The notes beneath the pieces are model-generated. The model had not been told where the DNA came from and made no database searches. It saw only the letters and a program-made list of their open reading frames with translations. A DNA stretch of 64,000 bases, taken from Eledone cirrhosa. Lineage: Eukaryota. Shown here piece by piece: positions 23,250 to 37,671 of this stretch. Both the position numbers and the translations under genes were made by a program. Position 1 is the first letter of the stretch. Each line of letters opens with the position of its first letter. The stretch lies in assembly GCA_964016885.1 (NCBI GenBank), contig CAXHJY010001320.1:1-64000 (forward strand), in the 5' to 3' direction.

Positions 23250-24901
23250 TTGTATTGTTACTGAGAAAAAAGTATTTTTTCTCAGTACAACTCAAATCCA
23301 ACTAGTTTACTGAAAAGTGAAATGACCCAATGCAAAAAAGACCTTGATGAGGTGTACACAACTGCTCTTGCAGAGTATGTAGAAGGAAAAAATAAGCAAA
23401 CTTAAGACCCTTCATACAAACAAACAGCATGCAGCCACATGGGCTTTAATCAATGAAATAACTGGCAAAAAAGAAAAGCATTCACCCATCATCAAAGGAG
23501 GCTCTCAAGAAGCTAGGAAAAAGAGCTGGACTGACTACTTCAAGGGTCTACTGGGCGAACCATCCCCTGTAGGCGATCTCTCAAAGTCTCACCTGAACTT
23601 GACATCTCTACTGGACTTTTCATCTTGAGTGAGATCAACCAGGTGATCAAAACACTTGCAAACAAAAGATCACCCGGTCTCGACAACATACCCAGTATAA
23701 TTTGGAAAGACCCAAACCTTACTTCAGTCCTATCATCAATCTGCAACGACACCTTTATCAACAAAACTTCTCTAAAAAGTTGGCTAAAAGCAGGCATAGT
23801 TCCTGTCCCCCAAAAAGGCGACCCCCCCCCCCCCCCAAACTACCAAGGAATATCACTTATGCCCATTGCTGCCAAGATCTACAAGCTAATCCTCAACCGT
23901 ATAGTTCCGTATGTTGATCCAAATCCTTCGCATCAACCAAAACGGTTTTAGGTGTGGTAGATCTACACTTGCACAGATTTTGGCCTTGAGAAGAGTAGTG
24001 GAGATGAGAAACTCCAACAGACAAATGGCTCTAGTTTTTGTTGACTTTAGAAAAGCTTTTGACAGCATAAACAGACATTCTGTTTGAAATTCTACCCTTG
24101 TATTGCATCCCAGCAAGACTTGTAGAAGCAATTAAGGCTCTGTATCTCAACACAAGTGCCACAATCATCATCCGTGATAGCCCAACAGGGTTCTTTGACA
24201 TTTCAACAGGAGTGCTGCAGGGTGAGTCTCTTGCCCCATTCCTCTTTATCATTTCACTAGACTACACCCTGAGACCCTCAATTGACAAAATCAATAACAA
24301 AGGTATAACCATCAAACCCTGCATGAGCTCTAGGCACCCCTCTAAACATCTCACTGACCTTGTACTTCTTGCAGATTGCCTAGAAAATGTGCAACAACTT
24401 TTGACATCTCTCCAAGCATGGTCAGCTTGCAAAAAAATGTCGCTCAAATCTTTCCAAAAACACCAAAATCAGACTCTTCCAAGTAACAATTCAGCCAATC
24501 TTGCTATATGGAAGTGAAACATGGACGCTTTCATCCATCCAAACAACAAAAGCGCATTGATGGTACTTACACTCATCTGCTTCAACGCATTCAGAACATA
24601 AGCTGGTGGTATCTGACTTTGAGAGAGATATATGCCGGCCTCCCACGCATATCTGTCGTACGTAAAAGGAGAGTAAGATTTGCTGGCCACTGCCATCGTG
24701 CTGCCTATGAGGCTGTGTCCCCATTAGTACTTTAGAAACCATAAGCAGTCACTAATAACAGGGGACACAAGCTCTCCTATCCCGATGTCGTCTCCAGAGA
24801 TTCTGGTATTGAAATCCAGCATTTGGCAGTGGCAATGAACGACAGACCCACTTGGATATCAATTGTTTAGTCGATTTTGGCTGAGGCCGCCAGATGATGA
24901 T
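23250..24901 (+). mobile_element. Decayed RTE-like LINE (RT region to 3' end)
   Basis: RSPGLDNIP, NYQGISLM, FVDFRKAFDS, GVLQGESLAPFLF, RFAGHCHR; (GAT)n tail. Confidence 0.8.
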
Positions 24902-25539
24902 GTATTGCTAACTTAGGGTACTAAATATCCAGGTACTGCCTCTGGAGCCAGGTGATAGTAGAGGTGGTGCTATACCAAGGGGTGGTGTTAAACCAGATGG
25001 TGATTTCAGTCTACCACACAAATTAAGCCTGAAAGACAGTCAAGGTTAGTAGAATTTGTACCTAGAATATAACTTTTGCATATTATGTAAGAAAGTAGTA
25101 TCAAGCAAAAACAGTTTGAATTGATCTGTAACGATTATTATAATTTCCTATAAAAACTTCAAAAATTAATAGAAACTGCATCCTTGGGAGATAAACCACT
25201 TGTGGAACAAACTAAATCATTCTTATATAAGGAACCAGAGTGCCAAGAGGTAACTCATGCATCCAAATATTGGAGAAATAAAGAAATGACATTAAGGATT
25301 GTGATGAATCCCAACATTATGACATTAGACCTTCATAACCTTAGCGATTCTAAATACTGTATCATTAAAAAAAAATATTTTCATTATTGAATATAGTTGT
25401 TTGTTAATGCTTTCATTTACAGAATAATTTTGATCTGTGTTTGTAGGAGGCTAAATGTAAGCCATTTTTTCCGTTAGATTTTCTACATGAATGTAATCTC
25501 ATTTCTACAAATATAAAACAATGAAATGTCCCCCCCCCA

Positions 25540-25792
25540 TCATGGACGCCGCAGTAAATGTGGGGTCACTGCTTCCGCTGCCGAACGGAATAAAAATACC
25601 AAGACCTATCAAACGTTCGGTGGAGTTGGGCTGTTGACAGCAAAGTTCTTGTCATCACTGGCAGTTCACCTTACTGAGGTGTCAGGTGATGTCAGTGACG
25701 GTGCCTCGTCATTTCAACGTCTTAGCCTCGCCATCATCCGTGGTAATGCTGCGAGCGTGTTGGCTTGCTTCAAGTGGGTAGTTAACCCCTAA
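25540..25792 (+). mobile_element. C-terminal fragment of a CRE-like (restriction-like endonuclease) non-LTR element
   Basis: TFGG.G..TAKFL..LA..L...SGD......FQRLSLAIIRGNAASVL. Confidence 0.6.
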
Positions 25793-25876
25793 GGTGTGAG
25801 GTGCGGCTGATTATCTCACTTAATGGGGAAATGCTCCCCCCCCCCTTTTTTCCGTTATCTTTTATTCTATGAATTT

Positions 25877-26050
25877 ATTGGATTGGCAGTATCGGTAGAG
25901 GGTCGGACGCCATGCTTTGCAGCACAGTTACGTCCCTTTACGGTCTCAGTTCAAATCCCGCCGAGGTTAACTTTGCCTTTCATCCTTACGGGGTCGATAA
26001 AATAAAGTACCAGTAATGTACTGGCCTTGTGCCTAAAGTAGAAACAATTA
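25877..26050 (+). mobile_element. tRNA-derived SINE, same family, plus orientation
   Basis: TGGCAGTATCGG...CAGTTCAAATCCCGCCGAGG...GGGGTCGATAAAATAAAGTACCAG. Confidence 0.82.
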
Positions 26051-26334
26051 TATTTTTATACACGGTTTAGATATTATATTTGTAATATCCTTCTAACGAA
26101 TTGCGACCAATTTATAATGTTATTTATGTATATATTTAAAACATATTTGCTACTGTAAATTTATACAGTTGTAATAAATTATTAATTGATTATATGTATG
26201 TATTTCTATCTGATATAAGTGTAATAAACGATTTATGTACCCAATTAAAAAATGAAATAAACTATTGTTTTTTATTCCATCAATATAATCACAATCTACT
26301 CGTAGAAAAATATATTTCTGCAACATTTCATTAA

Positions 26335-26523
26335 TAATTGTTTCTACTTTTTGGCACAAGGCCAGCAATTACCCAGTGCATTACTGGTACTTTATTTTAT
26401 CGACCCCGTAAGGATGAAAGGCAAAGTCAACCTCAGCGGGATTTGAACTCAGATCGTTAAGGGACGTAACTATGCTGGAAAGCATGGCATCCGACCCTCT
26501 ACCGATACTGCCAATTCACCGCC
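26335..26523 (-). mobile_element. tRNA-derived SINE, same family
   Basis: Full-length reverse-complement copy. Confidence 0.82.
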
Positions 26524-26574
26524 TATTTCATTCATAATATACATTTATAAGAAAGTTATGGGGAAACAAATTGG

Positions 26575-27341
26575 GGCGATATCCAATTTTAGTGGACTAA
26601 ATGCTGCTTACGTGCTGTAGTTGCTGTTTACTTCAATGTATGAGGCTATTCCAATAAATTTACATTCCCTTTTTTTTAGCCGTTAAAAGAAATATAGATT
26701 TATTTATTGTTTTTTTTTTGCGATTTATTTGCCACGTTTTTGTTTGTTTGTTTTTTTGTGATTTATTTGCCACTAGAGCATTAGGCGGGGGAAGTTTTTA
26801 CAAAAATCAAGTACAAACATTTAACGAGTGATTAAAAAGGAATATAAAAAATTAAGTCAATAGAGAGGCAGCCTTTTGGGGTCACACACACCCCCGTAGA
26901 AAGTGTGCGACCTTTCTGCCAGGGAGCACAGAGAGAGGGGGGTGCTCCCTTCTTCTCTTACCTGTACAAGCCGATATAGAGAGATGGGCCATTATTGCTA
27001 ATTTCACCCATCTTTCATGGAATTGGCTGGGACTGAGTGCCTTTCTCTCCACCTTGATCCTTCTTTCGAAGTGGTATCGGAAGAAGAGGACCATTTGTTG
27101 GCCAGCGACATATCCCCACAGATCGGCAAAAAAAACAAACCAACAAACAAAAACGTGGCAAATAAAGAAATCTATGCCCCAGTGGCAAATAAATCGCAAA
27201 AAAAAACAATAAATAAATCTATATTTCTTTTAACGGCTAAAAAAAAGGGAATGTAAATTTGTTGGAATAGTCTCATACATTGAAGTAAGCAGCAACTACA
27301 GCACGTAAGCAGCATTTAGTCCACTAAAATTGGATATCGCC
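26575..27341. mobile_element. Long-TIR MITE (Merlin-like) containing an L1/Tx1 3' fragment
   Basis: TIRs of ~160-200 bp starting GGCGATATCCAATTTTAGTGG; 8-bp TSD CAAATTGG / CAAATAGG; internal 26800-27110 resembles the LINE end at about 11040-11280. Confidence 0.75.
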
Positions 27342-29504
27342 CAAATAGGCGTGTATATAGGGGTATTAAACTAACTGTACGGGTGAATGAAGGAATCCCC
27401 TGGAATAAAAGCAGTGCTTTAAGAACGAAGTCCTTTACGATATTTGTCCCGAACCAAGATATAGGCACTCAGCAACACAGACCGTCTGAAATGCAGTAAA
27501 TTGATGATCGGTCAACTGGATATCTGTATATACCAACGACGTTAGTGTTTACACAAGGATACAATAAACAATCACAACAGTGAAAATAACGATTTTAAGT
27601 AAAATTATGTTAACGAAAGCAGACTTATTTGATTGTTTTTTTTTTAATTGTATTTTTTTTTATATGTATAATGGGCTTCCACACATTCCGTCAACCAAGT
27701 CCCGAGTTATCGTAGAAGACATTTACCCAAGGTGCCGGTGTCGCACCGCGGGACAGAATCCAGAAACACCTGATACGAAGCAAAATCTTTAACCACTCAA
27801 CTAATATAGTCATGCCGTCCTAGCCAACTAAGTGTGTAGTTTTCCCCCCTTCCTATTTTTCATGTTTTCTTCTTCCTTTCGGTTTGTAAATATATAAAAT
27901 TGAATATGAATAAATGATATATATAAATATATATATAATATATGTGCGTGTGCATATAAAATAAATACAAGATCAGTGTCATTGTATGTAAGGCTGTAGT
28001 GTCTTTATCCTCTACTGAATAGAAAACTAACACACCCTTGTAAGTGGAACAAGTCTTTGAATAGAAGAGTGGGTAGATAGAGGGAGGGAGGGAAAAAGAG
28101 AATATTAAATAAATGTTATTTGCAACGTCAATCGTAAATACAGAGCCATGTAGTAGATGCTACTTAGAGTTAGTAACATATATACATTCACAACAGTAGG
28201 TAAAGTAAGTTTAATTTAGTCGCTGGTCATATATACATACATAACAGGTAAATTAAGTTATCAAAGTTTTCATTAATACATTTATTTTTCACACATAATT
28301 ATATATGTAATTTACATTTCAGAAATATTTTTACACATGTCATTATATAATAAGCTTTTGTTAATTTCCGTAATTAAGACCGAAAATTGTATATATTATT
28401 TATATAACATAAATCAATAATTGTTGTAATTAAATGAAAGTATATATATGTATGTATTATATTGTATGTAAATTTAAACACACATATCATATTGTGTGTG
28501 TAATTGTAGCTTGAATGTAAACAGCTTGTAATTTGATGTAATTAGTTTATATTGAACTTTTGTTGACCTTCTTTTATCGTTGTTTTCTTAATAACCAGTC
28601 TAGTCAACTTTGTGTGTGGGATCGCGTATATATATATATATTTGTGTTATCTACAAAAAATAATAGGGTTGTACCCAATTTATTTCTGTGTTGTCAATGG
28701 CTTAATTCGCTATTTTAAATCACTTTACTGGCCACATTTAATCAAAACAGAAAGTAATTTAAATTCTAATAAGCTCTATCAGAAGGTGTTTAGAAGTAGT
28801 AGTAGTAGCAGAGAGAGATAGAAAACATAAATACATGTCTAAATATACAAAGTTTACTATGTTCTCAGCTTGCTCTGGCAAACGAAGGTTGTAGGGGCAA
28901 CAGCATTTCAAACAGGTTTCGGTTGAAACTGAACAGAAAACCAGCGAGAGAGAGAGAGAGTAACTATTAATAAGAATAACGATTCTTTTGCCAAGTTTTT
29001 TCACCCAACTTGACGCTATATCAGGAGCCCAACCAACTTCGTGACCAACCAGTTATCTTTGTAGGTCGCACCCCACATTCAGTCGAATACCTGCGTGTTA
29101 TAGGACTTCATGCTCAATTACAGCTGAGATCTCTTCTTATCCTACATTATACACAACAACATCTGATCCTTCGTTTACGTTTGAAATTTCACTTGTGTTA
29201 AGAAAGAAATTATTTTTTCCACATAATCTCTTTAGTTAACACGGTGTTGACCAAAAACCATTAACCATGGCTATATGGTGAGTACAAAATAAGTTTCGTT
29301 CAAATTTTCTCAGTTTTCCTGATTCCATCTCCCGCTCTCATCCGACACAAATGACTAATTTTAGTGAGTGTTCTGGGGGCATTTTTTTTTTTTTGCGACA
29401 ACCACTTTACAGACATGACGAGGTATATTATATGAAGGCAGCAACACTAAGAATTTATAGGGTCTACTATGTATATATATACACATATAAATATATTGAC
29501 AGTA

Positions 29505-31660
29505 GTCTTTTTCTTCTCCTCCTCTTTCTTTGCCCACTTATTCCTGGGAGGATCGTGGGGGCAGAGTCCTTAAACATTCCTTCCAACGGGTCCTGTCAAG
29601 CAAGCATCTCCAACTGATCCTGCTGGATACTCGAGCGAGACCAGCCAAGCTCATGGATGTCATCCAACCATCTTGTTCGGCGTCTACCTCTGAATCTCCT
29701 GTCGGCTGATTTTGCCCATAGTATCGGAGCTGTGGTCTCTCAATTCGAAGAAGTAGCGGTTCTACCTGGAGTGACTCTCCGATCTCCGACCTACTGATGT
29801 AGCGAAATCTGTTCACACCTTGACCCCTGGGTGACATTTAATGGTTATTTTCTGGGTTATCTCCTTTCGAGCTAAACAGGTCTGAGAGTGGACGCCCTCT
29901 AAAGGCCAGCCTTTTGTTCTCAATGCTTGGGGACAGGAGAAGCGACATAGAAAAAGAACCTGTCTTGGACCAGGACGGCAGTAGTTCGAAGCGGATCCTG
30001 ATAAAGTTAACATGTAAACTATTGCTTTCTAGACTTCTTGGGTTCTTACAGACTCTTACTTTCTCTTACCCTCTCTCTTTCACTCAATCTTTATCTCTTG
30101 GTCTCTCTCTTTCACCAAGCCAGTGAAGTTCATGAAGTTTGCTTGGTAAATACAATTTAATTCTACTTTTACAAACAAACAAATAACGTACATAGCTTCG
30201 CCGTGAGCTATTTTCAATAAATTAATAATATAGCGGTTTGGTGTCATCGTGGTTCATTTATATATATATTCATTTTCTGCATGATCAAGGAACTATGATA
30301 TCAACATCATCTTATTGAACACTTACTCACTTACCTGCACACATGCAACCTCTGGTCACACTGTATCATACAACAGTGACCATACGACGCAGCAAGCTTC
30401 AAGCGAGTACACACGCAACAAAGGAATCAACACCACAACACAATTAATTACCAACTGCTTGTATTCACGTATTCTTTTGGTCATTACCCAAAATTCATGA
30501 CCATAAGTAAGGGTTAGCATGAATACGAAATTGAAGATAGCATGTTTGGCTTTTACGCCTACCTTTCTTCTTCTGATTACCAAATGCTGAAGTTAGTGCA
30601 TTACTGCACCAGCTACTGCAATTCTTACACTTAATTCAGCCTCCTGCCTTCCATCACACGTGAACACGGCCCTGAAATACTTGAACTTCTCTACCTGCTT
30701 CAGTGGAACTCCATTCACTTGTAGAGTGCATTGTGCAGGCTTCTTGAGAGGACGAGTGTTTCAGTTGTCTCAGCACTGATTTTCATTCCAGCCATGCAGC
30801 ACTTGGCATCAAACATATCAAGTGCAAGTTGGATATCACCTTCCGTTAAGTTAAGTTAAGTAACACCATGTTGTCTGCAAATTCTAGCCTACTGATTCTA
30901 CACCTACCAGTCATGATACCACTTTCAACCTGGCTGTGCATGTCAATCCTGTTCATGTAAATAATAAACAGGAGAGGTGACAGTATGCACACTTTGCAGA
31001 ATCTAACTCCCACATTGAATGGTTTCAATTTAGCACCATTTATCCAAACACAATTACGCAGGCATTTGTATCGAGACATCAGGGCAGCAAGAAGCTGACC
31101 ATCGAGCCCATACTCCTGAATAACCTTCCAGGAACATGGTCATATGCCTTTTCAAGGTTGACAAAACAAGAATATAGCTCTTGGTAAAACTCCCACGATT
31201 TCTCAAAGACCTGCTACAGTGTGAATATTTGGTTGGCTGTACTGCATCTGGGGCAAAAACCACACTGTTCATCAGCTAGCTTGGATTTGACAATCTCCTT
31301 GAATCTCTTTGCCAGACACTTAGCATAGACTTTTCCGGGGAGGCTTAACAAGGAGATCCCTCTGTAATTAGATCAATCTCTTGTCTCCTTTTTGAAAATT
31401 GGGATTATCACTCCCGATTGCCATTGCTTAGGTGCTTTTCCAGAGATCCGGGCCATCCGGCACACATGAGTCATCCAAAGAATTCCTTCTCTATCAAGAG
31501 ATGCCACCCAAGCAAAGAAAGAGGCCTACAAAGCTTGGCTTGCAAATAAGTCCTCCTTCTTGCACTTGCGGTACAAGCAAGCATGAAAAATCGCAGCAGA
31601 GACAGTAAAGTCATCCAAAGTTAAGGCATGGGAGGACTTTGGGGTTAAGCTGAAATTCAA
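29505..31660 (-). mobile_element. Decayed RTE (Expander/Rex3-like) LINE pieces
   Basis: VEPLLLRIER.QLRYYG; LTYGHEFWVMT; [11 protein letters not shown]; FADNMVL; interrupted near 29820-30440. Confidence 0.7.
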
Positions 31661-31997
31661 CTTCAGATCAACAAATTCATCAAATTGACAATGGTAGTGA
31701 AAGAGAAATGTTATGATATACAATATTGAAAAAAAACAACATATTTTGAAACTTCAAATTTACTACCTTTTTTTTTTAAAAAACAATTTCAAAATGATGA
31801 AAATAATAAGGTAGAATACAAATATGTCATTATTTTTATGTGTTCTTTGTATAAAACAAGAAATGCACTATATAAGATGACAGGTATATAGTATTAAAGG
31901 TCAAAGATCATTTTTATACATGTCAACCATTATGACATCTTTATTCATTATTGTATTGTACATATTCTACTATGTTTCATGTAATTATAATAAACGA

Positions 31998-32325
31998 GGC
32001 ACATGGCTTAGTGGTTAGAGCATTGGCCTTGCAATCGAAAGGTTGTGAGTTCAATTCTCAGACCGGGTGGTGTGTTGTTTCCTTGAGCAAGACACTTTAT
32101 TTCACATTGCTCCAGTTTACTCAGCTGTAGAAATGAGATGATAGGGACTGAGGTCCTTATCATTCCACTGCAAAGTGGTCGTGTAGGTGCCACGGCAAAA
32201 AAGCACCCAGCACTCACTGTAAATGAGGTTGGTGTTAGGAAGGGCATCCAGCTGTAGAAATCAAGCCAGTATCAGTTCCCGTCCCACCCTTGCAAGCAGG
32301 GAAAAGCGGACGTAAAATGAAATGA
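31998..32325 (+). mobile_element. tRNA-head SINE with an RTE-shared 3' tail
   Basis: A box TGGCTTAGTGG; B box GAGTTCAATTC; core CCTTGAGCAAGACACTT; tail nearly identical to RTE 3' UTR 51300-51400. Confidence 0.82.
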
Positions 32326-32508
32326 AAAAAAAGCAAAGTATACAATATTTTTTGAAAATTTAAGAATTTTCCGACAATGTTTTGGGGTTGCATATGTACC
32401 CCAGCAATACACCACTGCTTATATATTATCATCATCGTCATCACCGTTTAATGTTCATTTTTCCTCGTTAGCATAGGTTAGACGGGTTGTCCCATTTGAG
32501 GCAAGTTG

Positions 32509-32552
<44 letters not shown>

Positions 32553-32839
32553 TATATATATATATATATGTTCAAATAGGTGGCACACAAACTCTGAAAA
32601 ACTATGGTTTCGGTGCATTAAGGTCGATACCATTCATTCCAGTGCTTATTGGGACATAACAAAACAGGTAGAGACAAGTTATGCCTTTAGGCAAATATAG
32701 AGTGCGCAAGGGCTTAGCCAAAGGAGAGAAATAGTAAAACAGAATAGGACTGTAGTCCAAACAAAGAAGGACACTGGGGTGTAGAAAAGGTAAGAAGAAA
32801 GAATAAGGGACATCACACCACCCGGCCTGTTTTCCTCTA

Positions 32840-34265
32840 TTCTTTCTTATGCGTTGCCATTCATTTATAGTACTATTACACATCCATCGAAGCATACAAG
32901 CTTCATTTCTTTCCAATCTTCACAGGTCCTCTGCATTCAGGCCTTGCTACCATGCACATTGCTGTTCGTAAACATGCATTATACAATCTATCCTTCATTT
33001 TGAGGGAAAAACCTTTAGTAGCTAGCAGTGGTAGTAGTTCCCTAAACTTTTTCCATCCCGTTCTCACTCTGGCTACTGTACTTTCAGCACACCCACCTCC
33101 ATTCCTGATTTAGTTACCCAGGTAGCAGAAACTGTCTACTGCTTCTACAGAACCCTCCATGAATTTGATAGAGCTTGTTTTCTGCAGGTATTTGCTGCTT
33201 ATTGCTGCTGTGCAATGGCCACATGGAAAACTTACGTTCTTAGCTAAACTACCTGTGATCCCACTATATCTCTTGTGTACCCATAGTTTGCATTTGGAAT
33301 AGAGGATGGAATTTCTACCTATGCCTTTCCAGCACACTGGGCAAGGCCATTTCCCCAGGGAGACCAGGGCCCTTTTTTCCCTTCTACTTACTAGGACCTT
33401 AGTCTTTGTCTGGTTGACTTTAAGACCCTTTGATTCTAGGCTATGCTTCTGGATTTGGAATTTATTCTCTAATGCTGCCATAGATTCAGCTATAAGTATT
33501 GATCATCTGCATACAGGACTTTCCATGGGCAGCCAGTCTTAAACTCATCTGTTATAGCCTGCAGGATAATAAACAGGAGAGAGTTAAGAACAGAGCCCTG
33601 ATGGACACCCACCTGCATGCTAAATCTTTCATTATAGTTATTGTTAATTCTAACTTTGCTGACTGGTCCTCTATATATGGATTATACAGCCTTCACAAAC
33701 CACTCATCTACTCTAGTTTTTTAGAGCGTACCAGATTATGCCACTGGGAACTTTATCAAAAGTTTTCTCCAGGTCAACAAATGCCAGGTAGAAGAGCTTA
33801 CTTTTATCTAAGTACTTCTCCTGTAGTTGCTTCACAAGATAGAGGTTGTCAGTGGTACTTTTTCCTGACACAAATCTAAACTGCATTTCATCTATGTTAA
33901 CTTGGTCCCTAACCAGCTGCTCTATAATTTACTCTATTACTTTCATGACCTGGTCCTTCAACTTGATGCCTCTATAGTTTTCTCTATCTAGTGCATTCAC
34001 CTTTACCCTTGTAGCAGTTGACAATGAGGTGGCCGCACCAATCATTTGGTATGACACCATTTAGTATTACCTGGTTTATAATACAAGTGGTTAAACCCAC
34101 CATCCCAGATGCTCTCAGCATCTCAGCGACTATCCCCAATGAATCAGCTACTTTTTTCGTCTTCATATCCTTAATTGCCTTACTATACTGCTGCTGACTT
34201 GTGTGGCTGAACCCTCTGTTGGGTCTATTTGGGGAAGACCATCTTGTCCCCATGCATTCTCTTCA
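32840..34265 (-). mobile_element. Decayed copy of the PHD-bearing RTE family
   Basis: IVNCYKGKG; KWPCPVCWKGIGRNSILYSKCKLWVHKR; [13 protein letters not shown]. Confidence 0.85.
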
Positions 34266-34336
34266 TTCAGTTATCTTTTATAATCACTTTTCCATGCTAC
34301 TTTCTTTTCAGCGTCTGTGAAGGAAAGTGCACCTTT

Positions 34337-34905
34337 ATAATAATAATGAAATTATTGTGTACAGTGCTCAGGTGCACTACAACTCATCAAAGGTGCATGT
34401 ATAGTACATAGAATAATATACTAATGTTAGGGAAGTGAATTGTGTATGAATCATGATATACATGTGTGCATGTGTATGGAGGGGGAATATTAGGTGTAGT
34501 GTTGGTGAATCTCAGGAAGCATGGAGGTTTTAAAGGATGCAGTGTCTCGACAGCTAATAACTGATGCAGGTAGTTTGTTCCATGCTTCAGCAACTCAGTG
34601 TGAAAAAATGTTTCCGAAAGTCATGGGAGCTGTGGTATTTTCTGAATTTGTTGGCATGCCCACGTGTGTTAGACACATGGAAATCAAAAAGGTACTCAGG
34701 GTTGTTGTTGGCAAGAAGGTTAATAATTTTGTGGGTGTTTAGCAAGTCAGTTGCCAGGCGTCAAAGCTTCAATGTATCCATGCCCAGGGAAGCAAGGCAT
34801 TCAGAGTATGGTAGATGCCTGATGGAGGGTATTTGCTTGGTTGCAGGTCTCTGAACAGTTTCCAGGCGGTCAATGTTTTGAGCAAGATAGAGGTTCTAGA
34901 CTGGT
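34337..34905 (-). mobile_element. 3' end of a CR1/L2-group LINE
   Basis: Fragments resembling LETVQRxATK.IPSIR.LPYSE.L and VAEAWNKLPASVISC; (TTA)n tail. Confidence 0.6.
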
Positions 34906-36366
34906 ATCATCTCGGATACACTTCTTTCCAATGACATCACAATTTTCCTGACACGTTGCCCCACAATCCTAAACACCTCATGCCACAAAACATGCTTAAA
35001 TTTTTAATCTTCTGTTTCCCTCATTGCTCATTGCAAAGTATACTTATCACCTAGTTTTCTTCTTGTAAATGAAATGAGGCAATGGCCAAAGTGACAAGGG
35101 AGAAGGTCAAGGAAAATTAAACATCTGAAGGGTATTATGGTAGTATATATATATATATATATATATTTCCATAGTATTTTGACTACTAATTTAATATAAG
35201 TAAAATATATATATATGATCATCATCCTTGTCATTTTTCTATTCGCTTTTCCATGCTTGCATGGGTTGGACAGGTCCTTCTCAGCATGGCATCTCTCCAC
35301 ATGTTATGTTGCTTCGTCATCTTTTCTGCTAGTCTTAGCGATTTGATGTTAGCTCTCACAACCTTTGCCCAGGTCGTTCTTGGTCGTTCTCTACTGCAGC
35401 TTCCTTCCATTGGGATTTCCTGGCATTTCTCACCCAACGATTATACTTAACTACTATCTATTAGTTACTATATTGATTTATCATGATCACTCAACCTTCT
35501 GAAATTATCAAACATCAAACTGATTAAGTACTAAACTTCGCCTTTTGTTTTTATTACTCTCTCTATATATATTATTATCTCCACTGTTTCAAATTTCAGA
35601 TTCCCCAATGCTTTGTAAGTCAACTGAGTCTTGTTTATATATATAGCTATATGTATCATCATCATCATCATCTTATGTTTGATCCTTCATGCTTGTGTGG
35701 GTGGGATGTATCCTTTCCTTCACAGCCTTCCTCTACTCGCAGCTTTCCTGTTAGGTTCAGTGTTTTGAGATCAACTCTAATAATCTGTGCCCAGTTTTTT
35801 TTTTCATTTTCCTCTGCTGCATCTTCCATCGATTTCAGTAGCCAGTCCTCTGTTTAATCTACCAGGGTTAGTCCCTTTTTCTTTTACTCATTCTCCATAT
35901 TCATCAACTTCTCAAAATAGCATTTACAGGCCTCTTTCATTTGAGTGTCAGTGAGGCTAAATATGCCTTTGTCATTCCAAACACACTTCCCTCCAACACA
36001 ACAATATCCTGATTCACACTGACAGATTGCTTTGTAAAAAAAAACGGTGAAATTCTTAGAATTTATAATCTATTATTATCTTACTTACATCTCTAATATG
36101 TGGACAGGTATTCTTCAAGTTTTACATTTATTGTAGTCCCTATTTTCAGTGACATGCATTTTTGAATTTTTATGTTTATTTTTTTCTTTTCAGCTTCGAT
36201 GAGGAGACCATATCAAACTTTTCTTTTTATTATCACTTACTATTATCGATTTTATAATCGATAATTATCATCTGTATGTGCAGAATACTGATATGGTTTC
36301 TGAAACAATTGTCAGCCATTAAATATATTTGTTCAAGAATTTGCTATTGTTTTCTCTAACATTTAA

Positions 36367-36416
<50 letters not shown>

Positions 36417-36535
36417 AACTGAGCTTGAGCTCAGCCATCGGGGTCTTACTGGTTCCTATTACCCACTCTACTACCCTAAGTATTGAGTACTTTGGTGCGT
36501 TATGGTCCACCTGGTTCCTTACCACATTTCCTTCG

Positions 36536-36598
<63 letters not shown>

Positions 36599-36710
36599 GT
36601 GTACATAATCCACATAGTATGACCAACTTTGAAATCTCATTGCTGCAAAGCTAACTCCTCAACCACATAGCCATATCTGACTGTTTTCATCTCTTTCTTG
36701 TTTCAGGTAA

Positions 36711-36978
36711 ATGGAAAAACCGTTGGTAAGAAAATTCTGTTGTAACTCCTCAAACAAACCGTTAAAGAAATTTAGTTCTTTTGACATTCAGCGCAAAATG
36801 TGGGTTGTAGGTTTTTCTGTTCTATTTGCCATGATTATTTGGTTCTCTGCTGCTTACCACTGGGATTTCAAGTCTTCCAAAAGTCCTGAACTTTCCAGGA
36901 ATATTTATGGCCTCATGTTTGATGCAGGAAGTACTGGTTCAAGGGTTCATGTATTCCACTTTATCAAAACTGAACATG
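36711..36978 (+). CDS. ENTPD5/6: ENTPD5/6-like nucleoside diphosphatase, coding exon 1 (cytosolic tail, TM helix, apyrase conserved region 1)
   Basis: Acceptor TTTCAG ending at 36706; MEK...MWVVGFSVLFAMIIWFSAA...YGLMFDAGSTGSRVHVFHF; donor G|GTATGT (phase 1). Confidence 0.93.
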
Positions 36979-37671
36979 GTATGTATTTGAAATATTGAAC
37001 TGTTTATTTGGTCTCTTTCTCTCTTTCTATCATAAATAAAGCTCCAATGCGGTCATAGGGCAGTGGTAGATTGATGGAATTAATATGGTTTGAGAGTGAT
37101 GCTTTGCATTAACTGATTGCGTTCTGTGCATTTTGAGTTCAAATCCTGCCACCTAGGATTTGTGATCGTCAGATATTATCCATGCTCTGATCTGATGATC
37201 AACTAAATTCCTTTTTATGTGTCTCCATTATGGCAGTTGGATATGGCTGGGTCTTTAGAGCATTTTACATTTGTTCTGGTTTGTTTCCTCTGAGTTCAAA
37301 TCCAACCGAAGTCCACTTTGTCTTTTTAACTGCCATTGCATGCGACATCATCATCAGCATAAGCCTGCTTTTCATGCTTGCATGGGCTGAATGTGTTGTA
37401 ATGATCTGAGATTAGACAGGCTGGAGTTACCTGTATTTAATCTTTTCATGATCATATTTCTAATGCAAAATATTTGCTTATGGTTTTCAATTAATTTTGA
37501 AAATAATCAAGATATAGTATAAAGAGCTCCAAATTATTTTTCTTTGCTACATAAATAATATCTTAAGTTTGACACAAGGGCCTCAATGACATTTTCAACC
37601 AGGGGCCCTATGTAAGCTTAATCTGTCCTGATTCTTAAGTTAATCCAATCATGATTCAATATTAATTTCAG

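Noticed and set aside
36194-36273. Possible upstream exon after a strong polypyrimidine tract and CAG
   Set aside because: Only a short closed ORF and a weak donor; it cannot be supported without transcript data.
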